From IMG/VR virus record IMGVR_UViG_3300013111_000141, positions 1 to 64,000 of that record: a stretch of 64,000 bases of DNA. One strand, 5' to 3'. How positions within the stretch are numbered: position 1 is the first letter of the stretch; the number at the start of each line of letters is the position of its first letter. Both the position numbers and the translations under genes were made by a program. A model generated the notes under the pieces. The model saw only the letters and a program-made list of their open reading frames with translations. It searched no databases and had not been told where the DNA came from. Positions 39,702 to 50,207 of this stretch are shown piece by piece. Origin of the DNA: a virus.

Positions 39702-41633
39702 TTATTTGGTTTCGGGTTTACCCTCTGGAACAGGATCCACTGGTTCTTCAACCACCTCTGCATTGACAACTTCGGCATCTACAGTCTCGGATGTTGTAGT
39801 GGAATCATCTCCAACATCTTCCCCTGTTGGTTCTGGTTTTTGTAATTTTGCAGACAACTCTACTAATGATTGTACTTTAGTATTAATATCATCTAAATCT
39901 TCACCAGACATAGACTCTTTTAATTCTGCAACACTATTTACAATATCAGTTCTTTCTTCATCAGTAATTACAATTTCCTCATCTGATAATTTACCCTCAA
40001 CATCATTAATAAATCCTTCAGCCATATTTCTAGCACCAACTAATGCAGTATACTTCTCATCTGCCTCTTTATGTTCTTCACCCTCTTTAATCATACGTTC
40101 TACATCCTCATCAGATAATCCAGATGAAGATTTAATTTCAATGGACTGTTCCTTACCAGTATTTTTATCTTTGGCAGAAACATGCATAATACCATTAGCA
40201 TCAATATTGAATTCAACTTCAATTTGTGGTGTTCCGCGTGGTCCTGGTTGAATTTCTGTCAAATCAAACCTACCTAAAGAATTGTTACCAGAAGCAACTG
40301 AACGTTCACCTTGCAGAACATGAATAGTAACTGCCGGTTGATTATCTTCGGCAGTTGAAAATACTTCACTTTTTTTCGTTGGAATAGTAGTATTCTTTTC
40401 AATTAATGTGGTCATTACACCACCCATAGTTTCAATACCTAATGATAATGGAGTTACATCAAGCAATAATACATTATCAATACCACCAGATAACACACCA
40501 CCCTGTGTAGCAGCACCAAGAGCAACTGACTCATCAGGATTTACATCCTTTCTCGGTTCAATACCAAAAATAGATTTTACCATTTCTTGAACTTTAGGCA
40601 TTCTAGTTTGTCCACCAACTAAAATAACATCATCAACCTTAGTAACATCTGCATCCTTTAAAGCAGTAACACATGGGGTTTTTGTACGTTCAATTAATTC
40701 AGATACCATCTTCTCCAATTTAGAACGTGAAATCTTAACATTTAAATGTTTAGGACCAGTTGCATCCGCAGTAATATATGGTAAATTTACTTCAGTTTCT
40801 TGAGTCGATGACAACTCAATTTTACACTTCTCTGCCGATTCTTTTAATCGTTGTAATGCAATAGGGTCATTATGAAGATCCACCCCGTTTTCTTTTTTAA
40901 ATTCATCACAAAGATAATCAATAAGTCGTAAATCAAAATCCTCACCACCTAAAAATGTATCACCATTAGTAGACAATACTTCAAAGGAATATTCTCCATC
41001 CACATTAGACATCTCAATAATAGAAACATCAAAAGTACCACCACCAAGATCATAAACAGCAACTACCTTATCATCTTTAACATCACCTTTATCTAAACCA
41101 TAAGATAAAGCTGCAGCTGTAGGTTCATTGATAATTCGCATAACATCTAGTCCAGCAATCTTACCAGCATCCTTTGTTGCTTGTCTTTGTGAATCATTAA
41201 AATAAGCAGGAACAGTAATAACTGCCTGTGTCACTTCAGAACCCAAATATGACTCCGCATCTTTTTTTAATTTCATTAAAATTTTTGATGAAATTTCTGG
41301 GGGAGATAATAACTCACCACCAGATTTTACCCACGCATCACCATTATCCGCCTCTACAATGTCATAAGGCACCATGGATATGTCCTTTTGAACTGCATCA
41401 TCTTTAAACTTTCTGCCAATTAATCTCTTAACCGCAAACAATGTATCTTTTGGATTAGTCACCGATTGTCTCTTAGCTGACTGTCCTACTAATATTTCCG
41501 AATCCGAATGTGAAACTATAGATGGTGTCGTCCTAGAACCTTCACCATTTTCAATTACTACTGCCTTACCATTCTCTAACACAGCTGCGCATGAATTAGT
41601 AGTACCCAAATCAATACCAATAATATTACCCAT
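39702..41633 (-). CDS. dnaK: Chaperone DnaK (Hsp70)
   Basis: [34 protein letters not shown]. Confidence 0.97.
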   Translation of the reverse strand: MGNIIGIDLGTTNSCAAVLENGKAVVIENGEGSRTTPSIVSHSDSEILVGQSAKRQSVTNPKDTLFAVKRLIGRKFKDDAVQKDISMVPYDIVEADNGDAWVKSGGELLSPPEISSKILMKLKKDAESYLGSEVTQAVITVPAYFNDSQRQATKDAGKIAGLDVMRIINEPTAAALSYGLDKGDVKDDKVVAVYDLGGGTFDVSIIEMSNVDGEYSFEVLSTNGDTFLGGEDFDLRLIDYLCDEFKKENGVDLHNDPIALQRLKESAEKCKIELSSTQETEVNLPYITADATGPKHLNVKISRSKLEKMVSELIERTKTPCVTALKDADVTKVDDVILVGGQTRMPKVQEMVKSIFGIEPRKDVNPDESVALGAATQGGVLSGGIDNVLLLDVTPLSLGIETMGGVMTTLIEKNTTIPTKKSEVFSTAEDNQPAVTIHVLQGERSVASGNNSLGRFDLTEIQPGPRGTPQIEVEFNIDANGIMHVSAKDKNTGKEQSIEIKSSSGLSDEDVERMIKEGEEHKEADEKYTALVGARNMAEGFINDVEGKLSDEEIVITDEERTDIVNSVAELKESMSGEDLDDINTKVQSLVELSAKLQKPEPTGEDVGDDSTTTSETVDAEVVNAEVVEEPVDPVPEGKPETK

Positions 41634-41654
41634 TTTACTTCTCCTTTCTCAATT

Positions 41655-41960
41655 TTAAATTAAACCACTCTTCTTTCTTGCATTATCAATAATCTCTGTA
41701 TTCTTTACAGTTTTCGCATCCCTACCACCCATTTTTTCTGCAAATGGAGTATAAGGATTTTGATCTGCAACTTTACGCAATACATCATTAAATCCATCGG
41801 ACGGTTTCATACCACCCATCCTACCAGATATTATTTTAGGTGCCCCTATTATTTGTGTTATATGTGAATTTTCTGACAAAAATACATCCTTTTCAGATAT
41901 ACTAATAAACCTATCAAATACTTCTTCAGTATCATTATTTTTAAATGTATACGTTGGCAT
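41655..41960 (-). CDS. FmdB-like T4-family conserved protein
   Basis: MPTYTF...; GF.DVL. Confidence 0.65.
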   Translation of the reverse strand: MPTYTFKNNDTEEVFDRFISISEKDVFLSENSHITQIIGAPKIISGRMGGMKPSDGFNDVLRKVADQNPYTPFAEKMGGRDAKTVKNTEIIDNARKKSGLI

Positions 41961-42452
41961 TTATTTATTCCTCTCCACTATCCTGAGATCCAATTCATTA
42001 GTTACATTATTAAACACATTATAATATTCATCTTCAAAAACATCCATATAATAACCGGGTATATGAATATTACTATCTATCTTCTTGTCTAAAATTTTTG
42101 CAATATAAAACTTATCAATAAGTTTCCAGTATGTCATATATATATAATACCCACCAACTACATGTATATCAACATGTGAATGAGAATGTAACCACGACAC
42201 AGCATCCGATATATTAACTTTAAACGAATTCTTATCATAATTTATTTCATTATTTGTTATAACATATTTAATTAACTCTGATGGTAATATATCAAATAAT
42301 TCCTTATATGCATTATGACCCATTACCAATATAGCATTTCTCGATATACTACGATTAAACCATCTGCGAGTTGTATTATTATAGAATATAAGACTATTAC
42401 CATTGTCATCAATACCATAATCATTACTTAATATCAAACTAGACGTAATCAC
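41961..42452 (-). CDS. Degenerate dihydrofolate reductase-like protein
   Basis: GI..NG, LVMG...Y, VVGG..IY, ID..YI..I; no obvious catalytic acidic residue. Confidence 0.55.
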   Translation of the reverse strand: MITSSLILSNDYGIDDNGNSLIFYNNTTRRWFNRSISRNAILVMGHNAYKELFDILPSELIKYVITNNEINYDKNSFKVNISDAVSWLHSHSHVDIHVVGGYYIYMTYWKLIDKFYIAKILDKKIDSNIHIPGYYMDVFEDEYYNVFNNVTNELDLRIVERNK

Positions 42453-42464
42453 CTAAAACAAACC

Positions 42465-42869
42465 TCAATCTAATAAATTAGGAAATACCTCGTCTACTAA
42501 TTTTCTAGTCAACCATTTTACTTTCATTTTTTTATTCAATATATTAAAAACAACATCAGATTCACCACGATGTAAACTCTCCATAAATTGAATAAATCTA
42601 CGTTCACTTCTACCAGTAATAACATAAGATTCCTCTAAAAAGACTTCCAATTCAGGCAAAGTTTTATTTAAATTAGTATAACTGTATCCTTCTGGTGAAT
42701 CATCAGGTATATAATTAGGCATTTTGTCAAATGCAAAATGAAAATCATCAAACATCAACTTTAATATTCGTAATAATAATGTACTATTATTCATTAATAG
42801 TACATTCTTCCTTTCTTGTGTATTTTTAGCATTATCAAATTCAAAAAACACTTCGTGTATAAGTTTCAT
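42465..42869 (-). CDS. Conserved T4-like hypothetical protein downstream of RNase H
   Basis: E..FIQ..E.LH..E; LV.EVFP.L. Confidence 0.6.
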   Translation of the reverse strand: MKLIHEVFFEFDNAKNTQERKNVLLMNNSTLLLRILKLMFDDFHFAFDKMPNYIPDDSPEGYSYTNLNKTLPELEVFLEESYVITGRSERRFIQFMESLHRGESDVVFNILNKKMKVKWLTRKLVDEVFPNLLD

Positions 42870-43734
42870 TTATATCCTCTTTTAAATTATTCATTTCTGA
42901 ATATAACATAATCATTTTATTTTTAGTAAAATATTCCATCATGGTGTTATTATTTCCACCAGGCATTTTAACAAAATCATTCAATATAGATTCTGATATA
43001 ACCTCTGGTATAAAATTAAAATCAATTAATTTCTCATTTCGTTTATATGCATCCACTAAATCATCATCCAAAAGTTCATAAGGATTCTTACTCAAATCTA
43101 ACCATTCGATAAGTTTATTCTTTCTCAATGGGGTTTGTCTATAATCACTCAAAAACACATCATCTGGTGATAATACATTAGGAATACCATCTGATCTATC
43201 ACCACGTAATATATGTTCTCTTAAATATTTTTTAGGATCTGTAGTTTTAATAAATTTACCAGTATTATAACTATACTGAGAAACCCCTTTATATATTTGT
43301 AGTTGTTTAAAATCTTTATCTGATGATAATATTAATATATTTTCTCTATCATGATATTCCTTTGTCAAAATAGCAATAATATCATCAGCCTCAACGGTAT
43401 CTAACTCTAACAATCTATAAGGAAACCAATCAACCAAATCTTTTTTCACCGTTCTAATCGTATCAAATATAACTTTCCAATCTATATTAGAATTCTCTCT
43501 ATCCTTTTTACGAGAATGTTTATAATAAGGAAATACTTCCTTTCTCCAAAAATTCTTACTGTCACAGCATATAACAACATTACCATATTTATCAGAATAA
43601 CGTTTCTTTATCGATAATATATAAGTAATAAATGAATTCATCACCGACATATCTCTAATAGACTCATCAGTATTCTTCTTTTCTTCATTAATAGATAATG
43701 AAATTATAATCTGATTAAAATCCAACAATATCAT
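42841..43734 (-). CDS. rnh: T4-type RNase H (5'-3' flap nuclease)
   Basis: ILLD.NQ, WRK..FP.YK..RK, EADD, SSDKDF.QL, GDRSDGIPN. Confidence 0.92.
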   Translation of the reverse strand: MILLDFNQIIISLSINEEKKNTDESIRDMSVMNSFITYILSIKKRYSDKYGNVVICCDSKNFWRKEVFPYYKHSRKKDRENSNIDWKVIFDTIRTVKKDLVDWFPYRLLELDTVEADDIIAILTKEYHDRENILILSSDKDFKQLQIYKGVSQYSYNTGKFIKTTDPKKYLREHILRGDRSDGIPNVLSPDDVFLSDYRQTPLRKNKLIEWLDLSKNPYELLDDDLVDAYKRNEKLIDFNFIPEVISESILNDFVKMPGGNNNTMMEYFTKNKMIMLYSEMNNLKEDINETYTRSVF

Positions 43735-43743
43735 AAAATTCCT

Positions 43744-43893
43744 TCAATCATTATTAAAATCCAAATTATTATAATCACACACCTCAACTACTGACCCACA
43801 CATAGAACAATACTTAATTTCTAATACATCATCAGTAACAGTCTGTATCACATACTCCACATTACAATTAGTACATACCACTTCCGTTTCCAT
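43744..43893 (-). CDS. 49-aa zinc-ribbon protein (not in the ORF track)
   Basis: METEVVCTNC...YCSMCGS. Confidence 0.6.
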   Translation of the reverse strand: METEVVCTNCNVEYVIQTVTDDVLEIKYCSMCGSVVEVCDYNNLDFNND

Positions 43894-43918
43894 TCAACAC
43901 ATCCATTTGTATCATATA

Positions 43919-44104
43919 TTAATATTCATCATCTTGTTGATGATGACCCCTTCGATTATTCTTTGGAACATATTCTTTAGAATATCTTTTATCTATCTGT
44001 TCCCATACTCTTTTACCATACATAGAAATAAAACTTTCTTTATCCATTTCTAACCAATCATTCTCAGACTCAAAATCGATATCATGTAAATTCATTTTAG
44101 ACAT
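43919..44104 (-). CDS. Small protein with M-x3-F-x3-Y-G motif
   Basis: DWLEMDKESFISMYG. Confidence 0.55.
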   Translation of the reverse strand: MSKMNLHDIDFESENDWLEMDKESFISMYGKRVWEQIDKRYSKEYVPKNNRRGHHQQDDEY

Positions 44105-44127
44105 AATACTACACCTACTCTCCTAAC

Positions 44128-44265
44128 TCATTTTTTTAACAATTCTTCTATATGATCAACTACAGAAGTACTCCTTGCGGCCAACCATACATTAATATAC
44201 TTATATCCATATTTTTTACCAAATTCAATCATACTCATACTTTCAACATCATCACTCATACTCAT
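44128..44265 (-). CDS. 45-aa protein with the same motif (not in the ORF track)
   Basis: MSMSDDVESMSMIEFGKKYGYKYINVWL...; ATGA overlap. Confidence 0.55.
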   Translation of the reverse strand: MSMSDDVESMSMIEFGKKYGYKYINVWLAARSTSVVDHIEELLKK

Positions 44266-44681
44266 ACTCCAATAACCCTATTAGCCTCTTCTATCATATC
44301 ATCCGCCTCTTTTGAATATGTATAAAATTCATATTCATGTCTATCCCAATCTTCAATACAGTATTTATTGACAAAATCTTCTTTTGTCATATCATACCAC
44401 TCTTCCGACTGTCCTGCATAATTATATAAATACTTAAATTCGGTAACATTCTCTGGTCGAAATGATCGCCAACCTTGTGACTTTACATCCCACACAGAGA
44501 TAACTAATTCAGATACATTACCATTACCCTTTGGTAAAAACGATTCAGGAACAAAAATCATATCTAATGTACATGACATAACACGTAAATCACCATTAAC
44601 TTTATTAAAAGTTACTTCACACACACCCTCTTTTAAAGAGTTAACCATTCCACTCTTACTTCTAATATCATTCATAATCAA
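44262..44681 (-). CDS. WYL-like/Sm-like SH3 protein (DUF2693-like) with C-terminal motif repeat
   Basis: VTF.KVNG..R.M.CTL ... VWD....WRSFR. Confidence 0.7.
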   Translation of the reverse strand: MIMNDIRSKSGMVNSLKEGVCEVTFNKVNGDLRVMSCTLDMIFVPESFLPKGNGNVSELVISVWDVKSQGWRSFRPENVTEFKYLYNYAGQSEEWYDMTKEDFVNKYCIEDWDRHEYEFYTYSKEADDMIEEANRVIGV

Positions 44682-45272
44682 TCACCCTCATATAACGACA
44701 CACCAGCAATCATTGATAAAAACCCAACAAACGAATATGAAATCATAGAACCAATATCATACGTCACAGAATCAACAACACCTAGAATAACAAAAAAACC
44801 CAAAACACTCAATAAAACACATAAAAAATTATACATATATCCTCATGTTAAACTAATTAAAAAACAAAACCAAACTATATTAATACATATCAACTCTATT
44901 AATATATCTACTATAAAATCACTTATTCTTTTTAGCAATATAATCATGACTATAGTCTATCTCACTATGCATATCCCTCTCATGATCGTGAACACTCGCA
45001 TAATCACCATTTATAATCGGTATAACAAATAATATCCATAAAAAACCAACTACTATACACCATATAGTAAGTATAATTTTCTGTATAGTTAACTTATCCA
45101 TGATAGATTACCCCACTAATATACTCTTTTGTACTTCCTCTATCTCAACATCAGTAAATACCTTATTACCAACTAAAGCTGGAAACACTAATAACATTAT
45201 AACTAAACCAAACATCAATCCCAATAAAACCAATCTTCTTATTAAAATACTCATTTTAATACCCCATTAAAT

Positions 45273-45494
45273 TTAAAAAAACCATCTATAAACCGCAAAA
45301 GAATCAATTATAAAATAAACAACGTTCATCCACATTAGAGAATATTCATGTATCCTATATGCATAAATACACCAAAGAACAGACGAAATACCAAACAATA
45401 TAAAAGAATATGGACTAATAGTTATATTCAATGCCAACAATATTGCAGCAACAATACCAAAAATAGTTCCCCAATCATCAATATTAAGTTTCAT
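45273..45494 (-). CDS. Small 3-TM membrane protein
   Basis: Hydrophobic ORF directly behind a consensus promoter, possibly leaderless. Confidence 0.55.
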   Translation of the reverse strand: MKLNIDDWGTIFGIVAAILLALNITISPYSFILFGISSVLWCIYAYRIHEYSLMWMNVVYFIIDSFAVYRWFF

Positions 45495-45499
45495 AACAC

Positions 45500-45528
45500 A
45501 TTATACCATAACAACAACTAATTGTCAA
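45500..45528 (-). promoter_or_regulatory. Consensus sigma70 promoter
   Basis: TTGACA-17-TATAAT with TGn; ATG 5 nt downstream. Confidence 0.75.
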
Positions 45529-45809
45529 GTCTTTCTTTGTAATAATTCAAAAACAATATTCACTAATTTTTCATGTGAATTGCGTCTATCCAACTCTACA
45601 TTTAAAAACTCTCTAGCATAACACTCTAATTGTAATTTACTCATCAATAACAAATCATCACGAACTAATGAATTTGGATAATTATCCAAATCATTTAAAT
45701 CTAATTCAACATTAGATCGTTCTTCAATATTATCTACTGGTTTAGGTATAACACCTGCCGGTTCTTGTATTGAAGATACAAACATATCTTTAATCCATTC
45801 AAATATCAT
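45525..45809 (-). CDS. Hypothetical protein
   Basis: GAGGTG SD; SK..LE..AR...VELDRR. Confidence 0.55.
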   Translation of the reverse strand: MIFEWIKDMFVSSIQEPAGVIPKPVDNIEERSNVELDLNDLDNYPNSLVRDDLLLMSKLQLECYAREFLNVELDRRNSHEKLVNIVFELLQRKT

Positions 45810-45818
45810 ATTAACACC

Positions 45819-46484
45819 TCATAAACTATTATTATATCTATATATAATATCCTTAAGATTTGTTGTCCAATTGTCACGATGTTCTTTAAATACTTGTGGT
45901 GTATTATCATCAACCGCAATAATAATTACCAATTGTACTATTGGTATATTAGTACGTTCTTCCCACATTATTGCATAAGCAGCACATTGCATAAAATATG
46001 AAGATATCCATTCTTTCTTTTTCAGTTTCTTCGATGTTTTAAAATCTATAATACTTAACTTTCCATCAAATTCAGCAACACAATCTACTCTACCAGCCAA
46101 CTTTAAATGATTAGAATATAACGCACATTCTTGTTCATATATACTACCAATACGGTCAAGCGTCGGTTTCACCGATGATAAGGATGATATTATATTAGGA
46201 AAATATCCTTTCGTATAATTAACATCATTATCAAGATACTTCTCTATTATTTCATGTACTTGTGTTCCACGATAAGACGCAGCATAAGAAATCTTATTAG
46301 CCTCTTCAATACCAACACGTCTTTTCCATTTATCAATAAATTCCTTTGATAATATAGATAGGACAGTTGTAACAGACGGATATTCAATACCATCTGGTGT
46401 CACATATTTCCTAGAACCATCAGATGACGTGACCGATTCCAAATCATCATAATCCTTAAAATTAATCGGGCAATGTTCAAACAC
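45819..46484 (-). CDS. PD-(D/E)XK exonuclease of T4-like phages
   Basis: YPSVTTVL, RGT.VH...E, AGRVD, IIDFKTS, Q..AY. Confidence 0.88.
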   Translation of the reverse strand: MFEHCPINFKDYDDLESVTSSDGSRKYVTPDGIEYPSVTTVLSILSKEFIDKWKRRVGIEEANKISYAASYRGTQVHEIIEKYLDNDVNYTKGYFPNIISSLSSVKPTLDRIGSIYEQECALYSNHLKLAGRVDCVAEFDGKLSIIDFKTSKKLKKKEWISSYFMQCAAYAIMWEERTNIPIVQLVIIIAVDDNTPQVFKEHRDNWTTNLKDIIYRYNNSL

Positions 46485-47005
46485 TAATTAACTCCAGTTG
46501 AACCAAATCCACCAGATCCCCTACTAGAAGAACCATCACCAGTACTTGGTAATTCATGCAAATCACTACATACAACTATATCAGGACTTTCATGTGGTAT
46601 AAACATAATCTGAGCAATCCTATCTCCATCATTTACTCTAAATTTCTCTGAACCATGATTCTGCAATACAACACCAACAACACCACGATAATCAGAATCT
46701 ATCACACCAGCTAATACATCAATCCCATGTCTTAATGCCAACCCCGACCTTGGTTTAATTATACCTACAAATCCTTGACGTATACCAAACACCACACCAG
46801 TAGATATCAATAAACGTTCTCCTGGATATACATATGACGTTCTATGTTTTATACCAGTAGGATTATATTCATATGTAATTGTTTCATCTACAGATGCATA
46901 TAAGTCGTACCCAGCAGAATAATTAGTACCTCTAGTTGGTTTTTTAGCGGTCTCATTCATTAATATAACTTTCACACCTAATAGAGAATTTTCATCATAT
47001 ATCAT
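46484..47005 (-). CDS. dut: dUTPase (trimeric)
   Basis: AGYDL, RSGLA, GVIDSDYRG, RIAQ, RG.GGFGSTG. Confidence 0.95.
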   Translation of the reverse strand: MIYDENSLLGVKVILMNETAKKPTRGTNYSAGYDLYASVDETITYEYNPTGIKHRTSYVYPGERLLISTGVVFGIRQGFVGIIKPRSGLALRHGIDVLAGVIDSDYRGVVGVVLQNHGSEKFRVNDGDRIAQIMFIPHESPDIVVCSDLHELPSTGDGSSSRGSGGFGSTGVN

Positions 47006-47196
47006 TCCCCACCCCCTATTTGATATTCATATCTCAGAACATTCCAATTCAACTTATCATACGGTAACATACCTTCATCTGTTGGTTTCGGTAAATTAAC
47101 CCAAACCATATTAGTACCCCTATATCTAACTCTAATACGTTTATTAGATTTCCATTCATAATTCAAATGTAACGGATTTAACACATTTTTACTCAT
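47002..47196 (-). CDS. Hypothetical protein
   Basis: Overlaps the neighbours at both ends. Confidence 0.5.
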   Translation of the reverse strand: MSKNVLNPLHLNYEWKSNKRIRVRYRGTNMVWVNLPKPTDEGMLPYDKLNWNVLRYEYQIGGGE

Positions 47197-47953
47197 AATC
47201 TCTTACCACCTTAGTCATAGTTAATGCTTCCCACGAAATAGGGTACAACGCCCCTAATATCCTATTCCACTCATCAGCAAGTTCACGTATCTCCAATTGA
47301 GCAGTAGAACTTTTTCTTAAATTATATGCCCGGGCCCAAGCATATAATGACCCTGTTACGAAATATTCAGTCATCATTGACTGTGGTAGAACCATTCTAG
47401 CTTGTTCTGGACACACCCCCGACGAAATCATCTCCGTATATAATCTATTTGATTTAATGATATGAGTCATATACTCTTCTTCTAATAAGGTAGAAGTTAA
47501 TCCATTCATGAATGGTTCTTTGAAATGAGTTACAAAATCAGTAGTAGAAGAACCCTGTTTAACTTTTTCTGGACGAGTTCTCCAACCATTAGTCTCTGGT
47601 ACATGAAAATCAGGAACATCTGATACATATCGTCTAGACACCTCATTATAACTAAATCCAACAACATGCTTAAATCGTTGTCTAGCAACAAAAATAGGCA
47701 CCTTCTCACGTAACGTAACCATTTCATGTGTAAATGGTGTAAAATGATTATGTTTGGCCAAATACCTAATCAACTTCTTATCACCATCTTTAAGATTTGG
47801 AATAAATGCGTGTAATGTACACTCTCCATCCTCATCCACATGTTCTACAATTTCATCAATACCAACACCTTCAGAAAACTTATCAAATGAAACACGAGCA
47901 GAATTAACTACCGTAATATCATCACCCATATGATTAACATATTCCACTTTCAT
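47189..47953 (-). CDS. thyX: Flavin-dependent thymidylate synthase
   Basis: VNSARVSF, H.TPF, PIFVARQ..KH, NEVSRRY, EQARMVLPQ, AQ.EI. Confidence 0.93.
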   Translation of the reverse strand: MKVEYVNHMGDDITVVNSARVSFDKFSEGVGIDEIVEHVDEDGECTLHAFIPNLKDGDKKLIRYLAKHNHFTPFTHEMVTLREKVPIFVARQRFKHVVGFSYNEVSRRYVSDVPDFHVPETNGWRTRPEKVKQGSSTTDFVTHFKEPFMNGLTSTLLEEEYMTHIIKSNRLYTEMISSGVCPEQARMVLPQSMMTEYFVTGSLYAWARAYNLRKSSTAQLEIRELADEWNRILGALYPISWEALTMTKVVRDYE

Positions 47954-47963
47954 ATATACCCCT

Positions 47964-48377
47964 TCATAACCTATTTAAATGTGACTTCCGAACCTTAACC
48001 ATTATCCATGAATTATAATATTCATCACTCTCTAATACCTTGTAATCAAATTGATACTTAGCCTCAAAATACGCACATTCAGACTTAGTTTTACACAACC
48101 TTAAAATCTTTCTATCAAATTGTTCAACACCAATTTTATTTAAATCTTCTAATAATAATTCAGAAGAACCATAATAATCTCGCCAATCAGATTCTACCTT
48201 CTTCTTCTTTCTCTTTTTATTCTTTTGATATGACTTAATAGACCAAAAGAATTTCTTACCTATATACTTCTTACCATTATCTTTATTAGTTATTTCATAT
48301 ACAAACCCATATAAAAGTTTTGGATCTAAATTCTTGGGTACATATACCTTATTCCTATACATCCATGTCATACACAC
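47964..48377 (-). CDS. GIY-YIG domain protein
   Basis: GFVYEITN...KKYIGKK ... Y.GSS ... E ... YYN. Confidence 0.75.
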   Translation of the reverse strand: MCMTWMYRNKVYVPKNLDPKLLYGFVYEITNKDNGKKYIGKKFFWSIKSYQKNKKRKKKKVESDWRDYYGSSELLLEDLNKIGVEQFDRKILRLCKTKSECAYFEAKYQFDYKVLESDEYYNSWIMVKVRKSHLNRL

Positions 48378-48386
48378 ATCCTTATA

Positions 48387-48992
48387 TTACAAAATAATAT
48401 CCCTCCAATCCTTATCATCAATATGTTCAATACTTCTTAATGATATTGGACCAAAATCAGTCCTACTAATTAAATTATATGATTCAAATACAAATGCCCT
48501 ATTATTTACCCTAGAAAATCCACTTATTCCGGTTTTACCAAACTTAGGTTTACCCAACTTTTCTTTAACTCCAACCTTACCAAATCCTGGCCAACTGTTC
48601 TCACACATATTAGTAGATACTGCATAATAATCAGACTCCTTTTCTGCATACGTTATTGCATCCTGTTCAAAATCCTTTCCAAGTTCAATAAGATCTTTTA
48701 ATAACTTACCAGAATCCTTAAGATCAACAACATAATATGATGCCTCTGATACCTCTTTACCACCATTCTCAATCCAAGAACCCTTTATTTTAGTAATACC
48801 ATATCCACGTTTTAGTAACTTAGAACGTAAAATACTATTCTTACCCATATTCTGTTTCTTTGTATACCTAACCCCATCACCACATTCAGTCATATCTCTA
48901 AATGCCGTAATAGTACCAGTATCGTGTTCTGTCCACGCCGTCCGAATACGATTTAATGTCGATTCCGATAGAATCTTTGTTATACTGCTCAT
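48387..48992 (-). CDS. DUF3293/SAM-lyase-like protein
   Basis: ITAFR, N..L...L...GY....G.W.E, E.S..V, LG..FEQDAI. Confidence 0.45.
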   Translation of the reverse strand: MSSITKILSESTLNRIRTAWTEHDTGTITAFRDMTECGDGVRYTKKQNMGKNSILRSKLLKRGYGITKIKGSWIENGGKEVSEASYYVVDLKDSGKLLKDLIELGKDFEQDAITYAEKESDYYAVSTNMCENSWPGFGKVGVKEKLGKPKFGKTGISGFSRVNNRAFVFESYNLISRTDFGPISLRSIEHIDDKDWRDIIL

Positions 48993-49001
48993 AAATTTCC
49001 C

Positions 49002-50195
49002 CTAATAAACATCCGTCCAATCTCCCCTTAAACCACCAACTTCATATTCTGTAACACGATTCTCAAAAAAGTTAGTATGATCAGGTGCATTTAATACCCA
49101 ATCTAACCACGGTAACGGATTCTCTTTAACTCTATAATTAGGTTTGAATCCTAATTGTAATAACCTTCTATCAGCAATATATCGGATATATTGTTTTACA
49201 TCATCTTTATCTAAACCTTCTATACTACCGTCACCATATGACAGGTCTATAAATTTATCTTCCAATTTAACAACTTTACGTAACATACTATATATATCTT
49301 TCTTAAATTCATCAGTAACAATTCTTGGATGTTCTTCACAAAATTTCTTAAAAATTTGTGTCATACCATCAACATGCATTGTTTCATCACGGATTGACCA
49401 TTCTACAACTTTACACATTCCTTTCATTTTACCAAATCTTTGAAAATTTAATAACATTACAAATGAAGCAAATAATGAGATACCTTCAGAAAATACAGAT
49501 TTGGCAATAGCAAATGTCAAATTAGAATAATTAGAGTTATCATTATCTCGCATAAAGTCAACCTTATTAGACATTTCTTTATATTCTAAGAATGCATGAA
49601 ACTCTGATTCAGGAAGTCCTAATGTATCATTCAGTAGAGCATATGCTCTTTGATGTATACCTTCTCTAGCCGCAAACGAACCTAACATATTACGTATCTC
49701 GTTATTCTTTAACTTAGGAATAAAAAAATCATAATAATTTTGTCCTACTGCAACATCAGATTGTGTAAATAATCTTAACACTTGAGTAATATAATCCCTT
49801 TCAGACTCCGATAATTTACCATTCTTCCAATCAGCAACGTCATCAGATAAATCAATCTCATCTTCAATCCAATGTGACTGTTCATGTCTTTTTGTCAATT
49901 CAACAGCCCACGGATACCTAAATGGTTTATATGTTTCTGATGGTGTATTCATATTAACAGGAGTATTAAATAAAAATTTCTCTTTATTTTTCATCAATGT
50001 ATCATAATTACCAAAATACTCACCATCCACAACAATTTGCGGTACAGTTCTTTGATTTAACTTTGCAAACTCGTCCCAAACATCCCCACTTGACTGTATA
50101 TCTCTTACCGTATACGTAACATCATGTTTATCAAACCATTGCTTTACATTCAAACAAAATGAACAAGTCGGTTGTGAATATACTATTATCTCCAT
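49002..50195 (-). CDS. nrdB: Ribonucleotide reductase beta subunit with N-terminal glutaredoxin fusion
   Basis: CSFC and TVPQI Grx domain; E.IH..AY, EG..LF, DETMH, NFFE.RVT.Y. Confidence 0.92.
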   Translation of the reverse strand: MEIIVYSQPTCSFCLNVKQWFDKHDVTYTVRDIQSSGDVWDEFAKLNQRTVPQIVVDGEYFGNYDTLMKNKEKFLFNTPVNMNTPSETYKPFRYPWAVELTKRHEQSHWIEDEIDLSDDVADWKNGKLSESERDYITQVLRLFTQSDVAVGQNYYDFFIPKLKNNEIRNMLGSFAAREGIHQRAYALLNDTLGLPESEFHAFLEYKEMSNKVDFMRDNDNSNYSNLTFAIAKSVFSEGISLFASFVMLLNFQRFGKMKGMCKVVEWSIRDETMHVDGMTQIFKKFCEEHPRIVTDEFKKDIYSMLRKVVKLEDKFIDLSYGDGSIEGLDKDDVKQYIRYIADRRLLQLGFKPNYRVKENPLPWLDWVLNAPDHTNFFENRVTEYEVGGLRGDWTDVY

Positions 50196-50207
50196 TTATT
50201 TCTCCCT

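Noticed and set aside
45819-46484. Cas4 / CRISPR adaptation gene
   Set aside because: No Fe-S cysteine cluster and no array; it matches the common T4-like exonuclease
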